In this document: piece by piece, positions 41,879-52,484 of the stretch
Position numbering within the stretch: the stretch's first letter is position 1
Layout of the letters: the number at the start of each line of letters is the position of its first letter
Source of the DNA: Pseudomonadales bacterium
Lineage (GTDB): Bacteria; Pseudomonadota; Gammaproteobacteria; Pseudomonadales; UBA7239
Reading direction: 5' to 3'
NCBI GenBank assembly: GCA_041395785.1
Contig: JAWKZZ010000005.1
Location: 263,653-327,652 of the forward strand
Length of the DNA: 64,000 nt
The notes under the pieces: model-generated
Seen by the model: the letters and a program-made list of their open reading frames with translations, nothing else
Told to the model about the DNA's origin: nothing
The model's database searches: none
Made by a program: the position numbers and the translations under genes

Positions 41879-42880
41879 TCATGTGCGGCGTTTGATGGCG
41901 AAATGCGCCAGCGCGGTCAGCTCATCGCGATACCGTGAAGCCGGCAAACTGCTCAAGCATCCTAAAGCCGACTCCACTTCGCGCAGTGCCGCTTGCTCGG
42001 TGTATTGCAGTGCGCCGTTGCTCTGCACGATCTGGATAATGCGCGGCAAATGTTCAGTGCTTTTGCTGGCAATCGCATCGCGCACACATTGCGCATCGTT
42101 TGTATCGCCAAATTGCAGGGTGTAAATCAGCGGTAGGGTGAGTTTGCCCTCGGCCAAATCATCGCCGATGTTCTTGCCCATTTCTGCGCTGTCGCCGGTG
42201 TAGTCCAGCACATCGTCGATCAACTGAAACGCCATGCCGAGGTGGCGACCGTACTGCGCCAGTTCTTTTTGCGTGTCGGTGTCGGCAGCGGCAATGATCG
42301 CGCCGCAATGTGCTGCCGCTTCAAATAGCTGTGCGGTTTTGCAGGCAATCACGCGGCGATAGCGTTCTTCATTGGTGGTGATGTCGCCGGCGTTGACCAG
42401 TTGCAACACTTCACCTTCTGCAATGGTGTTGGTGGTGTCGGCCATGATTTGCATGATGCGCATATCGCCGAGTGCTACCAGCATTTGAAACGCGCGCGAG
42501 TAGAGAAAATCGCCGACCAACACGCTGGGCGCATTGCCCCATTGCGCGTTGGCGGTGGCGCGTCCACGGCGCAGTGCTGATACATCCACCACGTCGTCGT
42601 GCAGCAGGGTGGCGGTGTGAATAAATTCAATCACGGCAGCCATGTCGATATGGTGCGTGCCGGTGTAACCGAGGCTGCGCGCCGCCAGTAACACCAACAG
42701 TGGGCGCAAACGCTTGCCGCCCGCATCCACAATGTAGTGGCCGATGTTTTCCACCAAGGCAACGCGCGAGTGCAGCTGCTCAATAATCAGCGCATTCACG
42801 GCGGCAAAATCTTCTGCGACGGCTTGATGAAATGAGAGCACGAAAAGCCTGCGGGCAAAGGGGTGAAAAGCAGGCGGCAT
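41879..42880 (-). CDS. ispB: octaprenyl-diphosphate synthase
   Basis: GGKRLRPLLVLL, DDxxD motifs (TLLHDDVVD, FQLIDDVLD). The start is uncertain (ATG 42880, ATG 42943 or GTG 42841). Confidence 0.85.
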   Translation of the reverse strand: MPPAFHPFARRLFVLSFHQAVAEDFAAVNALIIEQLHSRVALVENIGHYIVDAGGKRLRPLLVLLAARSLGYTGTHHIDMAAVIEFIHTATLLHDDVVDVSALRRGRATANAQWGNAPSVLVGDFLYSRAFQMLVALGDMRIMQIMADTTNTIAEGEVLQLVNAGDITTNEERYRRVIACKTAQLFEAAAHCGAIIAAADTDTQKELAQYGRHLGMAFQLIDDVLDYTGDSAEMGKNIGDDLAEGKLTLPLIYTLQFGDTNDAQCVRDAIASKSTEHLPRIIQIVQSNGALQYTEQAALREVESALGCLSSLPASRYRDELTALAHFAIKRRT

Positions 42881-43000
42881 GCTAGGCGCGGCTATGGGGA
42901 GTGTCAAGGAATCCAGCGGAAATCCAAGGGCTTGTGATAGCATGAGCGCCGTTTGATGACGGTATTTTTGCGGTTTTTTTGTGGGTGGGGCGCACATTCG

Positions 43001-44035
43001 ATGATCGAGTTAGACCAGTTTCCTGATGCGCGCCAGCTGGTGACGCCCAGCGCGCAGGAGCGTGAAGATCATCAAGATCGAGCCATTCGTCCTCGGCGCT
43101 TGGCTGACTATGTAGGCCAGCCGCAAGTGCGCGAACAGATGGAGATTTTTATCCAAGCTGCGCGCCAGCGCAGTGCGCCGTTGGATCACACGCTGATCTT
43201 CGGCCCCCCAGGGCTAGGCAAAACTACATTGGCCAACATCATCGCTGCCGAAATGGGTGTGGCGCTGAAAACGACTTCCGGCCCGGTGCTGGAAAAAGCG
43301 GGCGATTTGGCCGCGCTGATGACTAGCTTAGAGCCGGGCGATGTGTTGTTTATCGACGAAATTCACCGCTTAAGCCCCGTGGTGGAGGAAATCCTGTACC
43401 CCGCGATGGAGGATTACCAGCTCGACATCATGATCGGCGAGGGGCCGGCTGCGCGCTCCATCAAGCTGGATCTGCCGCCGTTTACCTTGGTGGGTGCGAC
43501 TACGCGCGCCGGCTTGCTAACTTCGCCGTTGCGCGATCGTTTCGGCATCGTGCAGCGTTTGGAGTTCTACCATGTTGATGATTTGACCCATATCGTCGCG
43601 CGCTCTGCCAGTTTGCTCGGCATGCACATGGATGCAGATGGAGCGGTGGAAATTGCCCGCCGCGCGCGCGGCACGCCGCGTATCGCCAACCGTTTATTGC
43701 GCCGCGTGCGCGATGTGGCGGATGTGAAAAACAGCGGCAGCGTCAGTGCCGAGATTGCGGATATCGCGTTGAAGATGTTGGGCGTTGACCACTTGGGTTG
43801 CGATGCTATGGACCGCCGTCTGCTGCTGGCCATCATCGAAAAATTTGATGGCGGCCCTGTGGGCGTAGAGAGTTTGGCATCTGCAATTGGCGAGGAGCGC
43901 GACACGATTGAAGAAGTGTTGGAGCCGTATTTGATCCAGCAGGGTTATTTGCACCGCACACCGCGCGGGCGTTTAGCAACCAAGCTGGCGTATACGCATT
44001 TGGGAATTGCTCCGCCACAGCGGGGTGAGCCGTGA
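43001..44035 (+). CDS. ruvB: Holliday junction branch migration helicase RuvB
   Basis: [15 protein letters not shown], Walker A (GPPGLGKTT), [23 protein letters not shown]. Confidence 0.95.
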   Translation: MIELDQFPDARQLVTPSAQEREDHQDRAIRPRRLADYVGQPQVREQMEIFIQAARQRSAPLDHTLIFGPPGLGKTTLANIIAAEMGVALKTTSGPVLEKAGDLAALMTSLEPGDVLFIDEIHRLSPVVEEILYPAMEDYQLDIMIGEGPAARSIKLDLPPFTLVGATTRAGLLTSPLRDRFGIVQRLEFYHVDDLTHIVARSASLLGMHMDADGAVEIARRARGTPRIANRLLRRVRDVADVKNSGSVSAEIADIALKMLGVDHLGCDAMDRRLLLAIIEKFDGGPVGVESLASAIGEERDTIEEVLEPYLIQQGYLHRTPRGRLATKLAYTHLGIAPPQRGEP

Positions 44036-44433
44036 ACTTTGCCGTGGATGTGCGTGTCTACATTGAGGACACCGATGCCGGCGGCATTGTCTACTATGTC
44101 AATTATTTGAAATTTATGGAGCGCGCGCGCACCGAGTTCATGCGGGCGTTGGGTTACGGCAAAACTGCTATTTTTTCCGACGATAAAATGTTTGTGGTGC
44201 ATTCTGCCAATGTGCAGTATCTTGGTGCAGCGCGACTGGATGACGAGTTAAGCGTAACGGCAGTGCCGTTGAAAGTAGCGCGCAGCAATATTGTTTTTGA
44301 GCAGTTAGTTTTCCGTGGGGGAGAGCTGCTGTGTCGCGGAGAAGTTCGCATCGCCTGCGTGGATCGCGCCACGCAAAAACCGTGCGCCATGCCGGATGTG
44401 ATGTTCGAAAAAGTTAAGTTAGGTTTCGATTAG
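44032..44433 (+). CDS. ybgC: Tol-Pal-associated acyl-CoA thioesterase
   Basis: [27 protein letters not shown] (4HBT hotdog fold). Position between ruvB and tolQ. Confidence 0.85.
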   Translation: MNFAVDVRVYIEDTDAGGIVYYVNYLKFMERARTEFMRALGYGKTAIFSDDKMFVVHSANVQYLGAARLDDELSVTAVPLKVARSNIVFEQLVFRGGELLCRGEVRIACVDRATQKPCAMPDVMFEKVKLGFD

Positions 44434-44501
44434 AAAAACTTGAGTGCGCACTTGCTATGTTCGACGCGGTAGTAGCGCGTTTGTTTTAAGGGGGAAAAAC
44501 C

Positions 44502-45212
44502 GTGGAAGCAGCTAATCAATCGCTGTCCTTGTTTGGATTATTTTTGCACGCTGCACTGCCGATCAAAATGGTGATCTTGGTGTTGATCGGCGCGTCGTTA
44601 GTGTCGTGGGCGATGATTATTCGTCGCTGGCGCGATTATCGCGATGCAGAAATCAGCTTTCATCAATTTGAACAGGCGTTTTGGTCGGGCATCGACTTAG
44701 GGCGCTTGTACCGTGAAGGCAATGATCGCGCGCACCACGGCGAAGTCAATGGCTTGGAAAGTATTTTCCGCGCGGGTTTCAAAGAATTTACGCGTTTGCG
44801 CAAACAGCCGGGCATAGAGGCCGATGCGGTGATGGAAGGCACGCAGCGCGCCATGCGTGTGGCCTTAGCGCGTGAAGAAGAATATCTGGAAAAACATTTA
44901 CCGTTTTTGGCGAATGTGGCATCTGCCAGCCCGTACATCGGTTTGTTTGGCACGGTGTTGGGCATCATGGATTCGTTTCACGGTTTGGCGGCGATGAAGC
45001 AGGCAACATTGGCTGTCGTAGCGCCGGGGATTTCCGAAGCGCTGTTTGCCACCGGCATCGGGTTATTTGCAGCTATTCCAGCGGTTATTGCGTACAACCG
45101 CTACACCGCCAGATTGAATCGCCAACTGGCGCGCTATGAAACTTTTGCGGAAGAATTTTCTAGCATCCTGCACCGTCAAGCGCACTCAGTGGTTCGCGGA
45201 GGCGGTGAGTGA
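44502..45212 (+). CDS. tolQ: Tol-Pal system protein TolQ
   Basis: MotA/TolQ/ExbB pattern (ASASPYIGLFGTVLGIM...VVAPGISEALFATGIGLFAAIPAV). Confidence 0.9.
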   Translation: MEAANQSLSLFGLFLHAALPIKMVILVLIGASLVSWAMIIRRWRDYRDAEISFHQFEQAFWSGIDLGRLYREGNDRAHHGEVNGLESIFRAGFKEFTRLRKQPGIEADAVMEGTQRAMRVALAREEEYLEKHLPFLANVASASPYIGLFGTVLGIMDSFHGLAAMKQATLAVVAPGISEALFATGIGLFAAIPAVIAYNRYTARLNRQLARYETFAEEFSSILHRQAHSVVRGGGE

Positions 45213-45643
45213 GACGGCGCAAAAAGCACGAACAAAAAGCGGAGATCAATGTTGTTCCGTGGATTGATGTCTGCCTCGTTTTGTTGATTGTTTTCATGGT
45301 GACAGCGCCTTTGCTGATGCAAGGTGTTGAAGTGCAATTGCCGCAAGCCAGCACCGAACCGATGGATACACAGGAAGAGCCGCTGATTGTGTCGGTGAAG
45401 CAAGACAAAACTTTTTATATCAACCTCGGCGCGGATCAAAATGCGGCGCAGCCCTTGGCAACGATTGCAGAACAAGTGCAGAAGGTGCGCGTCAATAAAC
45501 CTAAAACACCGGTGCTGGTGTGGGGCGATGCACGCGTCGATTACGGCACCGTGGTGGAAGTGATGGGCGCGCTACAGGCCGTGGGTGTTGACAATGTGGG
45601 CTTGGTGACTGAGCCGCCGTCTTCTGCGCCTGCAAAAAAGTGA
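45209..45643 (+). CDS. tolR: Tol-Pal system protein TolR
   Basis: ExbD/TolR pattern (AEINVVPWIDVCLVLLIVFMVTAP). Confidence 0.9.
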   Translation: MRRRKKHEQKAEINVVPWIDVCLVLLIVFMVTAPLLMQGVEVQLPQASTEPMDTQEEPLIVSVKQDKTFYINLGADQNAAQPLATIAEQVQKVRVNKPKTPVLVWGDARVDYGTVVEVMGALQAVGVDNVGLVTEPPSSAPAKK

Positions 45644-45652
45644 GAGCCGTCG

Positions 45653-46543
45653 GTGTCTGATGTGCGCGACGACAGTTTGATACGCCCGCTAGGGGCGAGT
45701 GTTGGGCTGCACATTCTTATCGTGATAGCCATGACGGTGAGTTGGTGGTGGCACTCCGAACAGAAAGTCATGGCTCCGCCTGCGATGATGAAAGCGTCAC
45801 TGGTATACGCGCCAAAATCGACCATGCCGCAACAGCGCACCCAAACGCAAAAAACAGAAAAAGCGAAACCGCAGCCTGAGCCACCCAAGCCAGAGCCACC
45901 GAAACCGGAAGTGGTGAAGCCCAAGGAAAAACCGCCAGAAATTAAACCGGTGGACAAGCCTTCGCCGGTGGTGGTGAAACCGGAACCGCCCAAGCCAGAG
46001 CCGAAAAAACCGGAGCCCAAAAAAGCTGAACCGAAAAAAGCGGAACCGCCGAAGCCAAAGGTAGAGCCGAAAAAACAGCCGGAAAAGAAAGTCGAGCCGC
46101 CAAAGCCTGACGCAAAACAAGCATCTAAAAAACAAGATGCAAAGTCAGCTAAAGACAGTGAGAGAATTAAAAAGGAAGCGGATGAAAACTTGAAGGCTGA
46201 ATTGAAAAATGAAGAGATCACCCGTACAGGTGCGTTGAGCGCAGAGCAGTTGGGCAAGTGGGTAGGATTGATTGCTGATCGGGTGGAAGGCAATTGGAAC
46301 CGACCACCGAATGCGCGGCAGGGGATGGTAGTTGTGCTGCGCATTCAGTTATTGCCTAACGGGCAAGTGAAAGATGTGCAGGTGGTACAGAGCAGTGGCG
46401 ACCGCGCTTTTGACTTGGCCGCCGAGGCTGCAGTGCGCAAAGTGGAAACTTTCAAAGATATTACTGACAAGATGAAGCCGGAAGAACTTAAAATGTTCAG
46501 CGACTTCGATCTCAAGTTTGACCCGCAAGATCTTCTTATGTAA
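45653..46543 (+). CDS. tolA: Tol-Pal system protein TolA
   Basis: N-terminal TM helix, a long Lys/Pro/Glu-rich repetitive domain ([21 protein letters not shown]...), and a C-terminal TolA domain III. Confidence 0.85.
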   Translation: MSDVRDDSLIRPLGASVGLHILIVIAMTVSWWWHSEQKVMAPPAMMKASLVYAPKSTMPQQRTQTQKTEKAKPQPEPPKPEPPKPEVVKPKEKPPEIKPVDKPSPVVVKPEPPKPEPKKPEPKKAEPKKAEPPKPKVEPKKQPEKKVEPPKPDAKQASKKQDAKSAKDSERIKKEADENLKAELKNEEITRTGALSAEQLGKWVGLIADRVEGNWNRPPNARQGMVVVLRIQLLPNGQVKDVQVVQSSGDRAFDLAAEAAVRKVETFKDITDKMKPEELKMFSDFDLKFDPQDLLM

Positions 46544-46557
46544 GAGGCAGTGCTGCT

Positions 46558-47838
46558 ATGAAGAAAATTGTTCTTTCCTTGGTATTTTTCTTTGCGTGTA
46601 CGACGGTGTACGCACAACGATTGACTATCAATATCGACAAGGGTGGTCGCAATCCGACGCCGATTGCGGTGATTCCATTCGCGTGGAGTGGCAGCGGTTT
46701 TAATGGCGATCAAGTGGCGGAAATTGTGTCCAGTGACTTGTACCGCAGCGGCCAATTTAAGCCTATCGACAAGCAAAGCATGTTGTCTTTTCCGCATGCA
46801 GAGTCGGAAGTGGTGTATCGCGATTGGCGTATGTCGGGCGCAGAGTATTTGGTAACGGGACAGTTGTCGCCGTTGGGCAATGGCGGTTTTGCAGCAACTT
46901 TTATTTTGTGTGATGTCAACGGCCAGAAATTGATGTTCAGCAAAACTATTCAGGGCGGCCCCAATAATTTGCGCGATATTGCGCATTACATCAGCGATCA
47001 AGTGTACGAAACATTGACCGGTTTTCGCGGCGCTTTTCAAACCCGCATCGTGTATGTCGGTGGCGGTGTCGGCAATGTGAAGTTGTATATGGCAGACCAA
47101 GATGGTGCGCGCGAACAAGTGCTGATGAACAGCACGGAGCCTGTGCTGTCGCCTGACTGGTCACCCGATGGCAAACAAATTGTTTATGTGTCGTTTGAGG
47201 GCGGTCGTCCCGGTATTTATTTGCAAACACTGGCAACCGGTCGCCGCGAGCGCCTCACCAGCTTCCCCGGCCTAAACGGCGCGCCATCGTTTTCACCGGA
47301 TGGTCGCAGCTTGGCCATTTGTCTGTCCAAAGGCGGTAATCCAGATATCTATGTGATGGACATCGCCAGCCGTCAGTTGCGCCAAATCACCAATCACCCA
47401 GGCATCGATACCGAACCCAGCTGGACGGCTGATGGCAGCGGCATCATTTTCACCTCTAGCCGTGGCGGCAAGCCGCAGCTCTACAAAGCCTCTGTCAGCT
47501 CTGGGCAGGCGGAGCGCATCACCTACGAGGGGGACTACAACGCCCACGGTCGTATGAGCAAAGACGGCAAATTGATCTCGTTCATCCACCGCCGCGATGG
47601 AGTGTTCCACACCGCCGTGCAGGATGTGAAATCCGGGCGCGTGACTGTGCTGACGCAGACCAGCCTCGACGAATCGCCGGCTCTGGCCCCTAACGGTCGT
47701 ATGGTGATGTACGCCACCAAGCGCGGCGGGCGTTCGGTGTTGTCCACTGTGTCGGTTGACGGTGGCGTGCAAGTGACAGTGCCCGTGCAAAACGCCGATG
47801 TGCGAGAGCCGGCGTGGGGGCCTTTTCGCTCGCAGTGA
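46558..47838 (+). CDS. tolB: Tol-Pal system beta-propeller protein TolB
   Basis: Signal peptide, then repeated ...[14 protein letters not shown].. / [11 protein letters not shown] / [14 protein letters not shown] propeller blades. Confidence 0.95.
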   Translation: MKKIVLSLVFFFACTTVYAQRLTINIDKGGRNPTPIAVIPFAWSGSGFNGDQVAEIVSSDLYRSGQFKPIDKQSMLSFPHAESEVVYRDWRMSGAEYLVTGQLSPLGNGGFAATFILCDVNGQKLMFSKTIQGGPNNLRDIAHYISDQVYETLTGFRGAFQTRIVYVGGGVGNVKLYMADQDGAREQVLMNSTEPVLSPDWSPDGKQIVYVSFEGGRPGIYLQTLATGRRERLTSFPGLNGAPSFSPDGRSLAICLSKGGNPDIYVMDIASRQLRQITNHPGIDTEPSWTADGSGIIFTSSRGGKPQLYKASVSSGQAERITYEGDYNAHGRMSKDGKLISFIHRRDGVFHTAVQDVKSGRVTVLTQTSLDESPALAPNGRMVMYATKRGGRSVLSTVSVDGGVQVTVPVQNADVREPAWGPFRSQ

Positions 47839-47926
47839 TTTTTAGGGGTGCGATACTAATTGAGAGTGCTATAATCGCGCCCGCTGTTATTTCCCTTACT
47901 TTTCACTCGTTTACGAAGGAATACTT

Positions 47927-48436
47927 ATGTCCATCATGCAAAAAATTCTCGGTGTTGCATTTGCTGTTATGTTGATGGCTGGTTGCTCAAGCCAACAGAG
48001 CAGCGAAGATGAAAATGCTTCTGCCAACGGCGGTAGTGGCGCAGATGGTCTGAGTGGCGCAGACACGCGCGGCATCGGTTCTGGCAGCGGTGATTGGGGT
48101 TCTGTTTCTGACCAGTACGGCAATGTGGTGTATTTTGAATTCGACAGCGCCAACATTCAGCCAGCTTCTGAAGAAATGCTGAACGCTTACAGCGAATTGC
48201 TGAAAAGCTCTGGTCAGCAAGCAGTATTACAAGGTAACACCGATGAACGAGGCACGCGTGAATACAACATGGCACTCGGTGAGCGCCGTGGCAAATCGGT
48301 AGCCGATTATTTGTCTATGCGCGGTGTTAGCTCTAGCCAGTTGGAAGTCGTTAGCTTCGGTGAAGAGCGTCCAGCCGAGCAAGGCAGTGACGATTGGGCG
48401 TACAGCAAAAACCGTCGCGTAGAAATTGTTAAATAA
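47927..48436 (+). CDS. pal: peptidoglycan-associated lipoprotein
   Basis: Lipobox LMAGCSS and OmpA-like domain (VYFEFDSANI...GNTDERGTREYNMALGERR...NRRVEIV). Confidence 0.95.
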   Translation: MSIMQKILGVAFAVMLMAGCSSQQSSEDENASANGGSGADGLSGADTRGIGSGSGDWGSVSDQYGNVVYFEFDSANIQPASEEMLNAYSELLKSSGQQAVLQGNTDERGTREYNMALGERRGKSVADYLSMRGVSSSQLEVVSFGEERPAEQGSDDWAYSKNRRVEIVK

Positions 48437-48484
48437 AAACACCTTTTTTCTGGGTGGTCAGTGTAAGAGCTGACAAAAAAAAGA

Positions 48485-48520
48485 GGGTCAGCACTCATTA
48501 GGCTGGCCCTTTTTGTTTTT
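48485..48520 (+). terminator. probable rho-independent terminator after pal
   Basis: GGGTCAGC-actcattag-GCTGGCCC (one mismatch) followed by a T-rich tract. Confidence 0.5.
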
Positions 48521-48550
48521 TGTAATCGTGCGTTGTAAGAGAGAGGAGAT

Positions 48551-49363
48551 ATGTTGATGAACAGTACAAAAAAAATGGTGGTGGCTGCGAGTTTTCTGGC
48601 AGTGGGAAGTGTTGCGTATGCAGCGCCCGCACAAGTCATTGATCTCAGCACGCAACAGCCGCGAGCTGAAGTAAATCAAGGGTACGAAAATAGTTCAACA
48701 AACACGGCGAGAACTTTTGGCACAGACCAAACCTCTGCGAACACTGGTGCAAGCAGTGCTGCGGTAGGTACCGTTAGCGCAGCCGGCGGAGGCAGTTTGT
48801 TTCTGCAGGTGCAGCAGTTGCGCGACGAAGTGGCCAACTTGCGCGGACAGTTGGAAGAGCAGGCGCACACAATAGGCAATCTCAGTCGTCAGCAGCTTGA
48901 GTTGGAACAGCGTTTGTCGGGTGGAGCGGCTACGACCAGTGCTAGCAGCAGTGCGAGTGCTGCAGCCACAACGACAGCTTCTGCTGCGGCAACCAATAAC
49001 GATGGTCAAGCGGAGTACGACGCTGCTTATGGTTTATTGAAAGAAAAAGAGTACGACAAGGCGAGCATGGCTTTTCAAAATATTGTTAACCAATATCCAA
49101 ACAGTAGTTATGCGGGTAGTTCATGGTTTTGGTTGGGTTTTGTGCATCAAACCAAAGGTGATATGGACGGCTCTGCCAAAGCTTTTTCTTCGTTGATCGA
49201 AAAATTTCCCACACATAGCAAAGCGGATAATGCGAAATACAATTTGGGGAAAATTTACAACCAGCAGGGCAAAACAGAACAGGCGCGCAGCTTGTTAAAG
49301 GAAGTAGCGGCAGGCAGTTCCAAGGAGGCGCCACTGGCAAAAAGTTATTTAGAGTCTATGTAG
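48551..49363 (+). CDS. cpoB: Tol-Pal system protein CpoB (YbgF)
   Basis: Signal peptide, coiled-coil (LQVQQLRDEVANLRGQLEEQ), and C-terminal TPR region (YDAAYGLLKEKEYDKA...YPNSSYAGSSWFWLG). Confidence 0.85.
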   Translation: MLMNSTKKMVVAASFLAVGSVAYAAPAQVIDLSTQQPRAEVNQGYENSSTNTARTFGTDQTSANTGASSAAVGTVSAAGGGSLFLQVQQLRDEVANLRGQLEEQAHTIGNLSRQQLELEQRLSGGAATTSASSSASAAATTTASAAATNNDGQAEYDAAYGLLKEKEYDKASMAFQNIVNQYPNSSYAGSSWFWLGFVHQTKGDMDGSAKAFSSLIEKFPTHSKADNAKYNLGKIYNQQGKTEQARSLLKEVAAGSSKEAPLAKSYLESM

Positions 49364-49367
49364 CATC

Positions 49368-50024
49368 GTGACGGCTGCTGAGAAAACATTGCGTATCAGC
49401 GAGATTTTTTACTCGCTACAAGGTGAAACACGCACGGTGGGTTTGCCTACCGTGTTTGTGCGGCTGACGGGCTGTCCGCTGCGTTGTGGATACTGCGATA
49501 CCGCGTATGCTTTTGAAGGCGGCCAGTTGATGACAATCAGCACCATTGTAGATGCCGTTGCTGCGTACAAGCCGCGTTTTGTCACGGTGACGGGCGGCGA
49601 GCCGCTGGCACAGCCCAATGTGCACGCGCTGTTAAAACAGTTGTGTGATGCCGGTTATGAAGTGTCGCTGGAAACGGGCGGCGCGATGGCAATTGATGAA
49701 GTCGATGTGCGCGTATCGCGCGTGGTGGATTTGAAAACACCAGCATCCGGTGAGCTGGCGCGCAATCGTTACGAAAATTTGGCGTTGCTAACCAAAAACG
49801 ATCAAATCAAATTTGTATTGTGTGATCGCACGGATTATGACTGGGCGCGTCTGCAAATTGACCAATACCAATTGCATGAAAAGGTAGACGAAGTTTTGTT
49901 GTCGCCTGCTTTTGGTCAGCTCTCTTATCGTGATTTGGCCGATTGGATTGTTGCAGACAATTTGTCGGTCAGAATGCAGTTGCAGTTGCACAAAATTATT
50001 TGGGGAGATGAGCGTGGGCGCTGA
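49368..50024 (+). CDS. queE: 7-carboxy-7-deazaguanine synthase (radical SAM)
   Basis: EIFYSLQGE...[16 protein letters not shown] (CxxxCxxC). Confidence 0.9.
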   Translation: MTAAEKTLRISEIFYSLQGETRTVGLPTVFVRLTGCPLRCGYCDTAYAFEGGQLMTISTIVDAVAAYKPRFVTVTGGEPLAQPNVHALLKQLCDAGYEVSLETGGAMAIDEVDVRVSRVVDLKTPASGELARNRYENLALLTKNDQIKFVLCDRTDYDWARLQIDQYQLHEKVDEVLLSPAFGQLSYRDLADWIVADNLSVRMQLQLHKIIWGDERGR

Positions 50025-50703
50025 TACGGCAGCCGAAAAAAAAGCGGTGGTGTTGGTGTCCGGTGGTTTGGATTCCGCCACGGTATTGGCAATGGCTACT
50101 GCGCAGGGTTACCAGTGTTACACCTTGGCGTTTGATTATGGGCAGCGACACCGTTCGGAGTTGGCGGCTGCGGAGCAGGTGTCGCAAGCGGGCGGTGCGG
50201 TTGTACACAAAGTGGTGACTCTGGATCTTTCAACCATTGGCGGCTCGGCATTAACGGATAGCAGCATTGCCGTGCCGACAGATGCCAGCGACGGGATTCC
50301 TGTCACTTATGTGCCGGCGCGCAATACCGTGTTTTTATCGATAGCCTTGGGTTGGGCGGAAGTGCTGGATGCGCGCGATATTTTTATCGGCGTGAATGCC
50401 GTGGATTACTCCGGCTATCCCGATTGCCGCCCAGCGTACATTGAGGCGTTTCAAGCCATGGCCAATCTCGCGACCAAGGCTGGCGTAGAAGGGCGCACCA
50501 TCACGATCCATGCACCCTTGTTGCAGCTCACCAAGGCGGCCATTATTCAGCAGGGTACGCGCTTGGGAGTGACCTACACGCAAACGGTGTCGTGCTATCA
50601 AGCCGATACATCAGGTGCGGCCTGTGGTGTTTGCGATAGCTGCCGTTTGCGCCGTGAGGGGTTTCAGCAGGCGGGAATTACAGATCCCACACGCTATCAA
50701 TGA
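50008..50703 (+). CDS. queC: 7-cyano-7-deazaguanine synthase
   Basis: [15 protein letters not shown] (PP-loop) and a C-terminal Zn motif ([10 protein letters not shown]). The internal ATG 50008 is preferred over the track start. Confidence 0.9.
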   Translation: MSVGADTAAEKKAVVLVSGGLDSATVLAMATAQGYQCYTLAFDYGQRHRSELAAAEQVSQAGGAVVHKVVTLDLSTIGGSALTDSSIAVPTDASDGIPVTYVPARNTVFLSIALGWAEVLDARDIFIGVNAVDYSGYPDCRPAYIEAFQAMANLATKAGVEGRTITIHAPLLQLTKAAIIQQGTRLGVTYTQTVSCYQADTSGAACGVCDSCRLRREGFQQAGITDPTRYQ

Positions 50704-50768
50704 TGTAATTTCTGGCAAAAAATACTTGTTTTTTTGTGGTCAGACATTAAGATGAGCGCCTCTTTCGA

Positions 50769-50844
50769 GGGTCGTTAGCTCAGTCGGTAGAGCAGTTGGC
50801 TTTTAACCAATTGGTCGATGGTTCGAATCCATCACGACCCACCA
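50769..50844 (+). tRNA. tRNA-Lys (anticodon UUU)
   Basis: GGGTCGTTAGCTCAGTCGGTAGAGCAGTTGGCTTTTAACCAATTGGTCGATGGTTCGAATCCATCACGACCCACCA forms a canonical cloverleaf. The anticodon loop is cuUUUaa and the CCA end is encoded. Confidence 0.95.
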
Positions 50845-50869
50845 TCTCTTCAAAAAAAAGCCCGCTTAT

Positions 50870-50897
50870 CAGACTGTGTCAAAACTAGCAGCCTGAA
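50870..50897. repeat. IS terminal inverted repeat (left)
   Basis: Perfect 28-bp inverted match to 52457..52484. Confidence 0.9.
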
Positions 50898-50985
50898 GAG
50901 CAAAAAAATGCCCCGACTAGCTCGGGGCATTTTTTTATCTGCCAATTTCGTAATAAATGTGCGTCACTTTTTTAAAAGTGGTGCT

Positions 50986-52407
50986 TTACGCCAGCAAAGC
51001 CATCATTTTTTCTGTTCCGACAATATTGATCGCTCTTTTCAGGTTGTAAGCCGTGACAGCCAGTGCCATTTCCGTGCTGGCACCCTGCAATCCCCATAGC
51101 AGGAAGCGACCATTGCCCATGATCCACTGCTTGATGTTGCCAAAGGGATGCTCCACTGTCTGCCGTCGCCAGCGCATCATGTCTGGTCGCGCTTGCAGGC
51201 GTTTTGTCATGCGATCAAAAGCGGCTTCGTGCGCATGGCGGCTGATAAAGCGCTGCGCGGCACTGGTGCATTGCGCTTTGAGTGGACAACAGGAGCAGTC
51301 GCTGGTGCTCGCGGCATAAATCACAGAGCCCTTGTTCATTTGCTTGCGCGTCAGTGTGCATTGGTTCGGGCAGCGCCAGCTGTCGCTGTTGGCATCATAG
51401 GTGAACGCTTCTTTTTGAAAATGCTGTTGTTGCGACTGGTTGTTGACCGCGCGATGCGGTGGCACAAAGGCTTCAATTTGTTGATCGTCGCAGGCTTGGA
51501 ATTGCTCGCCGTTGGAATAACCGGCATCTGCCGTGACGGTGAGCGTGTCCTGCTGCAAAACCACTTTCGTAGCTTGCGCCACGGACAATAGTTGGCGACT
51601 GTCACAGGTATCTTGCGTGACATCGTGATGTACCACCAAACCGTGTTGTGTATCAACGGCTGTTTGTACATTGTAGGCAGTCATTTTGCCGTGGGCGTGG
51701 CGCATCATGCGTGCATCGGGTTCGGTGTGGATGTATTGCGTCAAACCGTGCTGCTGCAAAAAGGCGTGTTGCTCTGTCACGGCCTCCTGTTTGGCTTGCA
51801 GTTGTTGCAAGGCGGCGTGTACGGCAGAACGATCAACAACCGTGTCAGCCTCTGCTTTATCACTGTGATCCAGTTGGGTGAGATAGCTGGCAATCTGTTT
51901 ATCCAATGCTACCTGTTGTTGCGCCAAACGCGTTGCGCTCGAGTATTGCTTGCGCGAAGAAGCCGCTTGAAATTTGCTGCCATCAATGGCGATTAACTCA
52001 CCGGCAATCAGCCCTGCGTGCCGACAAAATTGTACAAAGCTGCGGCATACGGCTGTAAATGCTTTGCTATTCAAGCGTCGGAATTCGGCGATGGTTTTGA
52101 AATCCGGTGTCAGACGACTCAGTAGCCACATGACTTCCACATTGCGTTGGCACTCAGCTTCCAGTCGGCGTGATGAGCGCACACGGTGCAGATAGCCATA
52201 CAGATACAACTTCAGCATGTCGGCGGGATCATACGGCGGTCGCCCTGTGGCTTTAGCTACCGCTTTAGAAAAACCCAAGGTATCCAGCGCAAGACTATCA
52301 ACATAAGCGGCAATTACACGCACCGGATGATCGGCGGGAATCAGTTCGTCGAGCGAAACGGGAAACAAACTGCCTTGTGTAACCGCTTCTCCTTTGATGT
52401 AAGCCAT
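50986..52407 (-). CDS. IS1182-family transposase
   Basis: MAYIKGEAVTQGSLFPVSLDELIPADHPVRVIAAYVDSLALDTLGF...GRPPYDPADMLKLYLYGYLHRVRSSRRLE is the typical IS1182/IS5-superfamily N-terminus. The ATG at 52407 is preferred over 52425. Confidence 0.85.
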   Translation of the reverse strand: MAYIKGEAVTQGSLFPVSLDELIPADHPVRVIAAYVDSLALDTLGFSKAVAKATGRPPYDPADMLKLYLYGYLHRVRSSRRLEAECQRNVEVMWLLSRLTPDFKTIAEFRRLNSKAFTAVCRSFVQFCRHAGLIAGELIAIDGSKFQAASSRKQYSSATRLAQQQVALDKQIASYLTQLDHSDKAEADTVVDRSAVHAALQQLQAKQEAVTEQHAFLQQHGLTQYIHTEPDARMMRHAHGKMTAYNVQTAVDTQHGLVVHHDVTQDTCDSRQLLSVAQATKVVLQQDTLTVTADAGYSNGEQFQACDDQQIEAFVPPHRAVNNQSQQQHFQKEAFTYDANSDSWRCPNQCTLTRKQMNKGSVIYAASTSDCSCCPLKAQCTSAAQRFISRHAHEAAFDRMTKRLQARPDMMRWRRQTVEHPFGNIKQWIMGNGRFLLWGLQGASTEMALAVTAYNLKRAINIVGTEKMMALLA

Positions 52408-52456
52408 AAATAACAATGCCCGCATTTTTCAATGCGGGCATTGTCTCTGTTACCTG

Positions 52457-52484
52457 TTCAGGCTGCTAGTTTTGACACAGTCTG
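52457..52484. repeat. IS terminal inverted repeat (right)
   Basis: Perfect 28-bp inverted match to 50870..50897. Confidence 0.9.

Larger units (their letters stand above)
50870..52484 (-). mobile_element. complete IS1182-family insertion sequence (1615 bp) with 28-bp perfect terminal inverted repeats and a 4-bp TTAT target duplication
   Basis: IR-L is CAGACTGTGTCAAAACTAGCAGCCTGAA (50870..50897), which is the reverse complement of 52457..52484. TTAT lies at 50866..50869 and again at 52485..52488. The element carries a single transposase gene. Confidence 0.85.

Noticed and set aside
45541-46344. 267-aa Gly/Ser/Phe-rich minus-strand ORF, plus 45797..46135 and 45942..46124.
   Set aside because: They are antisense to the repetitive Lys/Pro/Glu domain of tolA. 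The low-complexity open frames are created by the repeat. The repeats are coding and irregular, not a CRISPR array.
46345-47118. 257-aa minus-strand ORF.
   Set aside because: It is antisense to tolB, which has a signal peptide and propeller repeats. It has no supporting motifs.
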